Assembly: GCA_034780895.1 (NCBI GenBank)
Contig: JAUZTB010000062.1
Coordinates: forward strand, 25,919,715-25,983,714
DNA from: Rhynchobatus australiae
Taxonomy: Eukaryota
Reading direction: 5' to 3'
Length of the DNA: 64,000 bases
A model generated the notes under the pieces. That model had not been told where the DNA came from, searched no databases, and saw nothing but the letters and a program-made list of their open reading frames with translations. The position numbers and the translations under genes are program-made. Of this stretch, positions 26,301 to 39,096 are shown one piece after another. Each line of letters opens with the position of its first letter. Positions within the stretch are counted from its first letter, which is position 1.

Positions 26301-26753
26301 CAAGGAAAGCCCTTGGTCTGGTTAAAGTAAAAATGTTTGTCTGTGATGATTCTCTTCAGACCCAGAAAGTCTTGCACCCTGCTTAGTTCTCCTGCTGGGT
26401 CACTGATCAGCCTCTCTCCACTCACAAACAGGATCTGACGCATTGGGAAGTACTGCAGCCAATTCTCCAGATGCTTGGCATAGATGCCAATTTGAATAGC
26501 ACTCCATGAAGTGTCAATCAGGCCTGTAGTCCTGTTTTTGAAAGTCAAGCTCTCAAAACTGGGGATATCGGGCTTTTTTGAGAGAGTTTGTGTGTAGTCA
26601 GAGATTGCCCGAGTGACAGGATCCCGAACCACCACTATTAGTTTGGCCTCCTTGGACATTGCATAGATTCGAGCAGCTGCTTCCTTAGTGACAAAGTAAC
26701 TGGGAGTTTTCTCCATGGTGATTTGACCGTCCAGTGTCTTAGGCATCAGGTCC
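26301..26753 (-). CDS. HS3ST3B1: Heparan sulfate 3-O-sulfotransferase 3, exon 2 copy A (has splice acceptor; 3' end lost in gap)
   Basis: Acceptor tgtgttttattttAG|G at 26755/26754. The phase fits exon 1, giving WYK|[20 protein letters not shown], and the frame stays open to NQTKGFP at the gap. This copy could derive from the 3A1 paralog. Confidence 0.88.
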
Positions 26754-28464
26754 CTAAAATAAAACACATATTTTAGTGAACGGTTTAATGAATCAGATTA
26801 ACAGTGGATTGTTATTAAAATTTACAAAAATAAGGCAGATGCAATCATATAGAATAGAAATAATGCTATATGTACACCTGAACAGATAGTCATCTGAATG
26901 AAAACAGAACTTTTTAGCCCCAGAAGTGATACTTGCTGGGATTTTTCCCCAACAGGATCAAAATAACTCAAGAAGAATACTTTCTGAATAAGTACAAGTT
27001 TCTGCTGGAGAGATAGAACTGGGAGATGGGCTATTTTATAACAATGTATAACATCCCAAATCCAGAAATCACTAATACTATTTGGTAAATCTGATTTTAA
27101 AAAATAATTACTCCTGATGCTTCTCGAGCCAATTTCAACAAAGCTCTTGATTCTGAAACTGCCTCACCTACTCAAAGACACAAGTACTTGCTAATGCCAT
27201 CTGGTTATTAAAATTCATACTCACTGCAATAGTTCAACAAAAAAATCTAAATCAAAATAATAATTCCTGAAATTATTCTGTATGTTCTTATTGCAATATA
27301 TTCCTTTCCTATCCAGAATAAAACATTCAAATTCTCTGGTATACTTCTGTCGACAATGGATTTTTTCAAAAGGGTCCTGTCCTACCATCACTATTAGAAA
27401 TATATTCTCTGAATATTATCTTTACCAAAATTTCACACAAACACTGGCCAGCCATTGAGGTATTTTAATTCTAACAGAATAATTTTTTCTTCAATAATTG
27501 TAAAATAAACAAAACATTATAAAATGATGGAAAGTTGTACTATACAGAGCAAGAGTCCAAAGAAGAAATTCATTTTAAGTTTTTGGATTTGTAGCTGCAT
27601 GCTGTACTGTTTTATTCCCTAAAATCTAGTTCCAGCGAGTCAATAATAACAAATATCATAAGTGAAATACAATGCCAGACATTGAGGGCAATTAGGGCTG
27701 GGCCAACAGCTAGCCTTGTCAGCAATGCTCAATCCCACAAATAAAAAAAAAGTTGGGAATCGCACATTGGATGATACAATTCCAAAGCAAACTTAAAGAA
27801 GATTTCTTTGGAAAAAGACAACAGCTTTTCTACTAATACTTGTAAAGACCTGCCTTAGCCTAAGAACAGATTGGCCTACTTTGTTTATTAAGTACTGTAC
27901 TTGGAACCTTTCCATATTAAGACCCAAAGTTTTGGAGAAATAAAATGCAAAGTTCAAGGTGCAACATAAAGTGAGCAAAAAACCTAGGATCCTTACATAT
28001 CAGAGAAAGGAAATAAGATGGTCACGAAGTATTAATAGCAGGTGGCCATTTCATAATCCAAATCCCCAGGTCCAATGTCTTTACTGGAGGTTTTGTCTCC
28101 ACAGAGGGAATCTATGCTAATCCGTTAGATTCTCAGAGGGACATTCATTGACTATCATGAACAAGAGGGTAGAGGATTTGTGAATGATTGATCTTAAATA
28201 TTTTCAACTGTAACATATTCTCTGCCATGACAGGAATCTGGCAAACCTTCCACATGCGTGTTATGGGTAGAAACTCATTGCCTTCCTCAGCATAAAGAAA
28301 CATCTAACTAGTGACCAAGTTTAAAGAAACTGCCGAGCTTCACTAATTGTTTTATTCCCAGGAACAAAGCTAGAAAGAAGCAGTGGGAGTTCAGAGTGCT
28401 CATATCCACCAGTCTATCATATTTTGTGTCCTCAGAACTTTCTGTATGTAAAAAAAGGGAAGCT

Positions 28465-28630
28465 CTTCCTTTTATAAAGTTCTTTTCATGACCTCTGGAT
28501 CTCCCAAAGTGCTACAGTTAATGAAGTACTTTTGAAGTGCAGTCACTCTTATAGGAATTAGAACAGTCAATGTGCGCCAGGCTCTCAGATATGGCACTGT
28601 GATAATGACCGGATAATCTGCTTTTCAAAT
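28465..28630 (-). mobile_element. Deu-domain SINE fragment
   Basis: cccaaagtgctacagttaatgaagtacttttgaagtgcagtcact...gtgataatgaccggataatctg is the reverse complement of the DeuSINE 3' half. Confidence 0.6.
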
Positions 28631-29271
28631 GCAACTCTTGACAGAAAAAACCTCTAATACACCCTTAACAAAGATAACAGAACATATAAAGCAAATCAGT
28701 TAGCAGAATGTTCTATGGATATTATTTCAATGATCTGCAGATAAAAATTAGCAAACCTTTGAAATATGATCCACTTAATTCGGTAATTCTATCTGAACTA
28801 TACTAGATATTGTCCACAGTTTAAATTGATAGAAATATGCTGTAGGAAAAAAAGCTATTTATTGTTTTGAGTTTTGGTTAAAACGTTGTCGACTAGGATG
28901 GGTGTCTGTTGGTTGGCATAGACACGGTGGGCTGAAGAGCCTGTTTCTATGCTGTGTTTTAATGTCTCATACCAACAGAAGTAGAAAATGAACGAGAAAT
29001 GGTCATGGGGTGGTGTAGGAGTGCTATATGGTCATTGTGCAGTGTGTTGACAACCATCTTGGTCATGGGTCCATCATTGCAAACTTCTGTAGCTGTCAAG
29101 GGCCAAGGTTTCAGTCACAGCTAAAATGGACATTGCATTTCTTCCAGAGAAGTTCAATGGGAACTGTGCCATCCAGAACTCAGTCAGGCTCTGACAGTTG
29201 GATGGTGGGGCAAAACAGCTGGCAAGTAGAAACTCAGTCAGGGCCTCAGGTATGTTGGTGACCATGGCCAA

Positions 29272-29660
29272 GAACACAAGAAAATAGGAGCAGGAGTAAG
29301 CCACCTGGCCACCATTCAATATAATCATGGCTTATCTACCCCAGGCCTCAACTCCTTTCCTGTACCAGATAATGAAATTCCTCAATCCTCCTGATCATTC
29401 AAAAACATATCTACCTCCAGTTTAAATACTTCTAGTGAGCTAATCTCCACAGCTCTTTGGGGCATAGAATCTCAGAGATTCAATACACTCTGCGAGAAGA
29501 AATTTCTTCGTAACTCGGTTTCAAATGACCAGCCCCTTATCTTGAAAATCGCTTCATTCAAGATTCTTCCACTAGTGAAAACGTTTCTACATCTACCTTA
29601 TCCTGCCCCCTTATATTTTTCAGGAAGATCGCTGATCATTCCCCTAAATTCCAAATAGTG
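29272..29660 (-). mobile_element. CR1 LINE 3' fragment
   Basis: Begins aagaaaataggagcaggagtaagccacctggccc; the reverse complement encodes an RNFFSQSVLNL.DS.PQRAVE-like CR1 C-terminus. Confidence 0.7.
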
Positions 29661-30747
29661 GGCAGTTGAAGATCTGGGTCATCAGGTGATCAAACTGAGT
29701 TAGGACCAGGGTTAAACATGGGGTGGGGCTGGACAGTCAGAGGGAGATTGGTAGTGGAAGCCGCAGTACCCAAAGAAAAAGAGGTAAGCTTAGAATTATT
29801 TTATTGGTAACTCAGTTTACTGATGCTCTATAAAAACCTAGATATCCAGGGAATGGTCAACAATGGGATGATGCTGATTAATTCCCCAAAAAGAGCATTG
29901 CATGGGGAATAACATTATTTGATGTGTGTCAGACATACAAGCATGACTACCTCTGGGAGAAGCCCCTTTGAATCTCCAGAGTGTTGTGGTGACTAGGAAA
30001 TGTTCATTGTCAGTATCACAGCCATTTATTGCACCATCTAAATTTTATTTTCAATCTCAAGGCACTGAAATAAAACAAAACACTGCACAGTCTAATTTCT
30101 AAGCCAAAATGATTGAAAATGGTGCTTAGAATGAGGTTTTAAGGACTTTTCCAATAAACTTTGAAAAGTACTTAATGCTCAAACACTACGAATAATCTTA
30201 TTCTGTTTATTTACTGATTATCTCAGGTCATGGCATTACTCTATAAAAGACCATCCATTAATCTTTCTCAAACTCAAACACTCTGATGAGCTATTCGATT
30301 CATTGTTCAGATTCAGCATTAGAAGAGATTTACTAAGGACATTAATGCTTTGCATTCACCCTGCAAGTTCATTATGTTTACATTTTACATTAAGTCCCTT
30401 TGAACATTCAGGGGAGAAATTTAATGCTATAGACTTGTCTGAACAAGACTATTTAAAGAAAGGGCCTTGTCCAAATATACAACCTAATTCCCTGATCTCT
30501 AACATATCATAGAATAAATCCTCAGCAGTTATAGACAGGTTGTGTTAAGCAATCTTCACTGATGCAAAGGAATTTCACTTTTACATAAACTTAGTGATAT
30601 AATTCAAGTGCAAAGTCACCCAAATCAATTTTAGACCTTTCAATGCATAGCAACACTTCAACAGCTTTTATAGCTCATTTTTGACAGGAGGAGAAGCCAG
30701 TCATTTCAATAACTGGTATTTTAGTATCAATGAGCCTAAATGGCTCA

Positions 30748-31050
30748 TTGGGCATGCATTTAAGGTGAGAGAGGGAAAGTTCAAAGGAGATGTGCGGGGC
30801 AAGTTTTTGTTTCACACAGAGAGTGGTGGGTGCCTGGAATGCATTGCCTGGGGTGGTGGTGGAGGCAAATACGATAGGGGCATTAAAGAAGCTCTTAGAC
30901 ACAAGAATGTGAGGGAAATGGTAGGATATGGACATTGTCTAGGCAGAAAGGATCAGTTTAGTTGGACATTTTATTACTAATGTAATTGGTCCAGCACAAC
31001 ATTGTGGGCCAAAGGGCCTGTTCCTGTGCTGTACTGTTCTATGTTCCAAT
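30748..31050 (+). mobile_element. CR1 LINE 3' end
   Basis: GHAFKVREGKFKGDVRGKF..TQRVVGAWNALP, tail gggcctgttcctgtgctgtactgttctatgttc. Confidence 0.85.
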
Positions 31051-34000
31051 ACAGAGTTAGCAACAATAATTTGGCTTTTAGGCTCAGGGTTACTTGAAGG
31101 AGATACAACATGAACAAACTATATTGGTGTTATTTTGGTAAGATTTATCTATCTGAGTTATGAATAGCAGTAGACTACAGCAGTGGCAGATAAATACAGG
31201 AATATTTATTTAGATGCCATTTGCAGCATGTTTTAATGCATTCATATTGGTTTAGCATAATATTCCCAAGTACTGCTTGTTCAGAGAATGAATGCGCATT
31301 GTACATTGTTTCTCAATGAGTCAATAATAAGCCACAAAATAGATTTGTGGAACTCTCAGTATAGTATCACAGAGGAGATAAGTATATGCACAGAATAGGA
31401 CATCCAGTCATTTAATCTTGTTACCATTACAATATATATCCATGTTCTCAACTGGCCACAAGTGCACTAATTTTAAAAGATTTTATTTTGCATTAATATA
31501 GATTGGATTCTTTTTAAACATAATAGCCACTTGGATTTGGCATTCAGAAAGAAATAAAGTGAACATCAGCAACTATATATGTTAAAATAATGTTAAATAT
31601 GAGGAAAAAGTGGACAGTCAGTAATTTTGATTGTTTGTAATTCAATGGTTTGAAGGCAACAAAGACTAAGAAGTCTGATTACCCTCTAGATGAAAGGGGA
31701 ACTACATCAATATGATTTGTTTGGCAAATAGATAGTCTTTCACATTATTTCAGTTCTGCTTTCAACTGTTTTGTTTCTTCATTTACTTTTCAACTCTAGT
31801 AGACAAAGCTGAAAGACCCAGCACCAGAAGCAGACTGCAGACTTCACCAGTCTCCTTTATTTCGGAATGGTATAACTGGTTCTATTAACAATTGTTAGGT
31901 TAAAGGGCCTCATCCTATGCTTAATAAGTGTCATGCTCCATTCACAATTTTAAAAAGATACACCAATGCTTTGAAGATGTGTCTAAATCAACCAAACATC
32001 AAAACAGAGTCATCAACATCCATCTCAAACAAACATTAAGTTAACTAAAGGAAAAGAGGTTTCTCTGTACATAGCTTTAATGTGCTGAACAGAAAGTTTT
32101 GGTTGTGGTTTCACAGTCAACCTACTTTGTATGACGTTTAAACTTCAAAATACATTAAAAAAAACACTACAATATTTAATCTGTCAGCTGAAGCTGGGCA
32201 TGATTCAAGTCAATGGTTTTTGTTTCCTCCAAACCATTAAAAATTAATTAGTAATAATACTCACGAAGCACACAATAATGAGGACCTGGCTATTGGAAAT
32301 GAGGAAAAGACCAACCATGGAATTTTCAGCGAGTCCTATGTGTTGATTAGCAAGCTGCTGATCTCAACACCACTGCTATGATGATTATTGGCACTTTTTT
32401 TTACTATTAGTAACAATATTAATTGATGAGATGTACCAGTTCAAAAGATGTACAACAACATTTATCTTTGCAGAAAGTCAGTTACCAGGAACTACTCTGC
32501 TATTGCATTGCTTTTGAAAACCTCTATCAGCCTCTATCAGTTAGAAAAAAATAACTTTCAAATGGAACTAAAGTTTTTAACAACAAAAGTGCTTCTTTAA
32601 TCCATGCTTCAAACAGACAATGTCGAATGACAGATTGCAATCCGAGATTTCCTTGCTCACAAATAGTTTAAGCTGAAAGTCGATAATATACAAGTGATCA
32701 TCTGGTTGCCAAAGCAGAAACTCTACAGTTGTAAGGCATAGATTATAGAAAAATGATAGAGCATGTCAAAGCTTGTTCTGGGAAAAGATCCGCAAAAGTC
32801 AAACATCTTGTGATGAACTACTGTATAAATTCAATTAAGACAGATTAGCCTTCTGAGAACTTGTATGGTCTTGTCAAACTTAGGAACATCTGTGCTTTTC
32901 ATTTATAAACTTTGATATTGAGTACATTGGACTCCACTTGCATTTACTCCCATTCTTGACTGTAAAGCAGAGGAATTCTGTTTGCACAACATTATTAAGA
33001 ATCCATATATTCATGGGTAAACCATGATTCCATACAGTCTTCACCTAAATGTTAAAGTCACAATAGTGTATTCATCCTCTTAATAATGGCCCCCATTAAC
33101 TTTGGCCCAGAAACCAATGACATCACAGCAGCATGTAATATAAACAGAGCTCATTGTGAGAACATCATATAGTGACACTTTCTCAAGTTTTACCTCCCTC
33201 TCTACAGGAGAACAACCTGGTTTCCACAAAGTGAAAGAACATAGTTGAAGCGAAACATTTTGGAGAAACATCTGCTACACACCTGCACGCCACCACTCTG
33301 TGTGCCTTGCTGTTTTAGTGTATGGTACTGTGTTTGGATTGATCATTACTGAAATTAATTGGAATCTAGCAACTTGCTGGATTCCGCTTCATCAATTAGA
33401 TTCAGCACACGGGCTGGGATTTCTACATTTCTACTCAAGGACAATGTAAATTGTATCTCCTTAAAATTTCAGAAGTTCCAATAAGAATTCCTCTCTACCA
33501 AGTGTACAGTTTACAGACATTTTGGAAAGTGTTTGGGGGAAATCACGGAAACTAAGCAGTATTTACTACAAACCGTCTTTGAAATAGCTTGATTGTTTAA
33601 TGACATAAACAGCTAACATTAGCAGGGAGGCTATATTCTCAGGTCGACAAGATTAATTGAAAGTTTCCGAAGGGTTTTCAAGAAGGCGCAATTACAATCT
33701 ACAATTGATGACTTATAATAGAGTTAACTTTCCTATAATGATGAGCCTTGCAATATTTTGTGGTATGACCTGAACCTGTTGAACATTGGTAAGATAAATG
33801 TCACAGCAGTATTTTCCATTCTTGCCCAGGCTGGTAGTTCTCAGTGCTGTACGGCAGTTATGTAACCTGCCTAAGAGAACGGAGGAGGAAATAACCACTT
33901 TGGATCTCTCATGTACTAGAAAATTATACCATGTGCTGTGCAAAGTGTTCTGACAGAGGCACCCATTGTGCAAACAAGCCTCTGCTCTCACCATCCCCCA

Positions 34001-37000
34001 AATGAAGAATGCAAGATGGCCAGGAGCTTCATACAAGGAGAAAATATGATGAACTTGGCAAAAATGTAAGCCAATGTCTAAAAGAACGTTCACAGTTTAT
34101 GCCATACCAATTCATGCTAATAAAGCCAGCAAATAAAAAGGAAAATATAGTTCAGGCCATTCATTACTGCAACCACAGACTGTGGACTAAATAGAAATGC
34201 TCACTTAGCACTGACTTTTAAAGGTGAGTTGATTAATCTATTTATCTTTGGTTGTTTGCCAGAGGTGTTAGTAACCTGTTACTGACCTATCTTATCACTG
34301 TAGAAATAACAGAGGCATATCAAAGTGACAGCAGTTTGGGGCCTCAATCAGAACAAAGCTCTTAACACTTTTTTGAAAAAGTTACATTTATAGCACCTGA
34401 TAAGTCTTTCAGCAGGTATGCCCTGCCCACTCCAGGGGCCAGTGATATGTTGATCATGCTGCACTTTAGGGATCAAACTAGACTGGAGTTTGCTGTAACT
34501 TAATCTGCAAAAAGTGCAACCTAGTCCTCCAAACTGTGCAGCAGAATGCAGTGTGGAACCCTGTCATGTGTTTCACATAAAGCCACTTTACTTTCCAAAG
34601 TATATGATCATGCTATACCAAGCATGAACTCACCACATAACTGTGTGAATTTGTGGAGCACATTCCAAACATATTAACCAAAAAAGACTATCACTTTGCC
34701 ATCTTCAATCCATTACTTTTGTCTTATCCTGATGTTTACCCAAGCAAGTTCTCACACATTACTGATGTCTTGTTTCCCAAATGGTCCAATCTGTTATTTT
34801 TCTGTAAATGAATAATAAAAGTAGGTTCACCATCATCACCAGCACCATAACTTCAAAGATAATATCGCTCGTTATTTTCTCTCCAACAAAGGTTGCATAG
34901 TGAGTGTCAAATTACCAACTGAAGTAAAATCTTGAAAAGATTTAGGGGTGGCATGGTAATATGGGGGNNNNNNNNNNNNNNNNNNCGCCACTTTTAACAG
35001 CATCCCAAGTAAATTAGCAGAAAACAAAAGAAGTACAAATTGCTATCTTCTCACCAGCAATATAGGCTGCACAGCTATAATTCATCACATTGTGTCAGAT
35101 ACGGCATATTCCTATTGTTGGCAGTTTACATTGCAATACCAGTATAATTGGCTAAGATTCTATTTCACGTTCATCAAAAGCAGAACTTGACACCAAATGC
35201 TGGTTTTACATTACAAGGTGTAGCAGAATCATTCATAATTGTTCAAGCAGGTACTTCCTGTGCATTTTTATTCATAGTTGTTCCTTTTGTGATTGGTCAG
35301 ATTGGACAGGATTCACAGAGTTCAGCAATCTTCAGAACTGTATAATTCTGACTCTGATCAATTTTGTGTCTGGAAAGCTGCTTCTATTTCTCATCCTTAT
35401 CTACTAACTGTGACTAACTGTCCGGAGTGATGAGTCTCAGGTTACAGTTTCCATTTATGGCCCAAGAACACATTGGGTGCCATGCTGTTGGAAATGTAAT
35501 CCTGTACATTCATAATGAATTCTCAACAGCCTTGTCCTTCTTCTGCTGCATTATGCAATTAGAATTGTTTTTGCATTGCCATACAGCTTTGGGACTTAAT
35601 TATTTCATTTTGTACATTACAGTACTTTGGTAATCTTGTGTTCCAGTAAATTTTGTCTTCCTTGTGCACAGCCTGATTTATTTTGACCATAGGGATTGGT
35701 CGCAGGGATAATAGGTAGAGAATGCACTCCAGCAGTACAGGTGAAGGAATTAGTCTGCTTGTCATTGAATGGAAAGCACATGAGCAAAGACATACATAGG
35801 GAGGGACCATTGTGCCTTTCTTAGTACCATAACTAATTTGGAGTAACTCACTTGCATCCATCTGAAACAGTCAGCAGGTGTTTTGAATATACTAACATGT
35901 GTCTATGTGCCATTTTAAGAGTGATCCTTATGAATCATTAACATGCCCTAGGTCTACAGCAGTTGAGCCAACCATCATTAAAGAGACCACTGGAAAGCAC
36001 CCTTAGAATGAGATGCAATCCTTCCATTGCTGTCATACCCGCTGAGTATTGCCAACATTTTCCATTTCATACCAGTTTGGAGCTGCCTAAATCTCTTAGC
36101 TACTTCATTTAAAACTGAAAATTCCTTATAGTGGCCAGACAATTTTCCTAAATTTAACAAATTCCACATTGAGTGGCTGGGAACACGCTCCATTATTTCG
36201 GTTGCACTTTTATCATTGCACCATGGTTCAGTAATGGATATTTATTCAACGCTGACATATCAGCAATAATGAAAAATATGATAATATTTTAAGGATGACA
36301 CTAGATAAAACAATTTTTATAGTAGGCTCAATCATTTTGATAAGAATGCAACAGCTGTTCTATTTTTTCTCACTTCAGTGCTTGTAGGTTTGATATCCTG
36401 GGTGTTGCAATTTCCACATGAAACTGGCGTTTTGGAAGTCACTGGGCCCATGCAAAATCTTCGACATATGTAGACTGATTCAGTTACACCCTGGAACCTC
36501 TCAGCTATTGTATCTCATGCTCAGAAAGGTGATAGAAAAATTGCAAGACTGTGAAAGGTTTAAACTCTGGCGAGACTGGACATGTGTTGCAGTCAGACTT
36601 CAGGTTCTGGTGTTTTAACAAGGATATCTAAGATTATTCTCTGCAACAATTCCATTGCTTGGTTGGCATCGCCATGGAGAAGCAACCAATTAAAGCAGAA
36701 TGTTGCCATTTACACAATGCACAAGTGTTACCACTTGTTAGAAGCCATTTTGGAGCGCATACATGATACACTGAAATAAGGCATGAAAGAATATGTTAAG
36801 GGACTGTACTATTTTCAGTGCACAATAATTTGTACCCAGTAATGAATGCAAGTGCAAATAAATCATAAAACAAATAATATAATTATTCTAACAACAGAAA
36901 TTAGTAAAACCACAGAATTTAAAGTCTTCTCATCTGTAGCTGATTAAAATGTTCTTCACTGTATTCTTTTAGAAAAAAAACTATATATTTACATTTGTCA

Positions 37001-38689
37001 GGTACTTATGAACTATTGCTGCTATGAAATTAGAGGAAACTAATTATCTGCATGGCTTGTGAATGGTTTAAACTTCAACAGCAATACTTTACAGGGAGAA
37101 TATCAATCATCAGTTAGTTTATCACCAAAGAATCTTCATGGGAAGAAGCCCTCAAGGTGTCAACACCATTACAACTTTATAGTCAATGATGACATTTTCT
37201 GGTAAAATAAAAGGAGTTATTTATGCCAGGACTGTGCCTCTTAATGAATAGATGAGTCACTGGTGCATTAAGAGTTAATAATTGATAGAAGTAGATTGGT
37301 GCTGGCTGCTTCCTTTGCCCTTGGTGTTTCCTTCTCTCCCCCTTTAGTTTTGTGAATAAACATCAGTGCTGGGCTCCATATTGTTAACATAAGTGCCCAA
37401 CATCCAAATTAGAAACCCATAAAATCTTCCTTTTGTTTGGTCTAAAACAAGAAGGGTTTTATTGCTATGAATAAGACCTACAGATCAACTGGCTTCTTTC
37501 GATACAGCTGACTTCAGCTACAGGGGAAAGCAAACCTTAATAAGAAGGAAGAAATATGCACAGAAAGAGGTTTGATGAGAAGGGCTGTTTGAATGGTCAT
37601 GAACAATAATTCACGGTACACCATGTGTTAAAGGCTTTCCTCCGACATGGGTGTTTGACATGAAGTTCCTGTTGGACTGAATCACTTTTGTTTCCGTCTT
37701 CAGCAGGAGATTCCTATCTCGCTCAGCCATGTTTTCCCAACTGTTGTGGCCACATTCAGTGGTGGCCAGCAGGTGCCAGGCCACCCCAGTAGCCTTAGCC
37801 CTCCCCTCTCCCCATGTCCCCCTCACAATTAGTCTCTGTAATTCAGAATGAAAACAATCCACTGCTTCTCAGTGCAAGATGAAAGGAGTTTGTGCAGCAG
37901 AAGTAATTTCACTGCTGTGAAGAGGCCACTCCAGGCATTGTGTCCAGTTAAGGAGTTGGAACGGGATTGGCTGGAAGGGGTTCCCATGTGATTCTGCTGC
38001 TACCCACTGTTTTTTATGGTGCTTAGGTAGAGACTGTTGGGATAATGATCACAAAGAATACAGGAGAGAAAGTAATCTTTTAATGTACAGAGGAAAGTGT
38101 TTTATTTATACAACACCAGTCCCTCCATTGCCCTCAGACTTAATTGCACTCAGTGGTAAGTGCTCTTCATGCTGAACATTTTCTAAGGGAATACATTGTC
38201 CTTTGCCTCACAGTGGCCTAATTACATACAACTTTAAACAAGTGCATGTTATGGTTTGCGATCACAGCTCTTAGGCCAGTATTAACTTGATACACTGAGC
38301 AAACCACTCAAGTTTACACACAGGGCATAAAGTTAGTCACATCGCAGAGCTATGCTGAAATAAAAAAAGGTGAAAGGAGGGAACATTTCTCATTTAGATT
38401 TCAAGTCTGTAAACAGAACATCTATACATATCTATAATATATAAAACAAAGGCAACAAAACAGTTAGTCCAGATTCACATTCTACATATGAACCTATGTG
38501 TAGTCAGTATAAAACCTCAGTATAAAAGTTTTCAAACAATTCTGTTCTGGTTAAATCCTCAACTTACGTTAAGAATGGTGAAGTTTATTCTCTCAATCAA
38601 AGCTCCAGAGCAAGAGATCAATTAATTTATAGCTAGATTCCTGTGCTTCCAACAAACTATCAGAACAGGTAGTGTGTTGACATGCTGCA

Positions 38690-39096
38690 CCATACAGTGC
38701 TTTCTAGATAAGTGTAATCTAACATTGTTTTCAATGGGGCAGAAGAGGGGAACTGATAGAGGACTACAAAGTTATGTGAGGGATAGATAGGTGGATAATA
38801 AGAAACTTTTTCCCCAGGGCATAGGTTTAAGGTGAAGAGTAAGAGGGTCAGAGGGAATCTCAGGAAGAAATTTTTTCACCCAGAGGGTGGTTGCAAACTC
38901 GAATACACTGCCTGCAAAGTTGGTGGAGGCAGTACTATCACAACATTTAAGAAGTATCTAGATGATCACATGAATTGCCAAGGCACATGGAACTAATGCT
39001 GGTAAGTGGGATTAGTATCGATAAGTACTTGATGGTTAGAATGGATGTGGTGGGTCGAAGGGCCCATTTCTGTGCTATGCGACTCTATGACTCCAT
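38690..39096 (+). mobile_element. CR1 LINE 3' end
   Basis: gggcataggtttaaggtg...ttttcacccagagggtgg...gaagggcccatttctgtgctatgcgactctatgactc. Confidence 0.8.
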
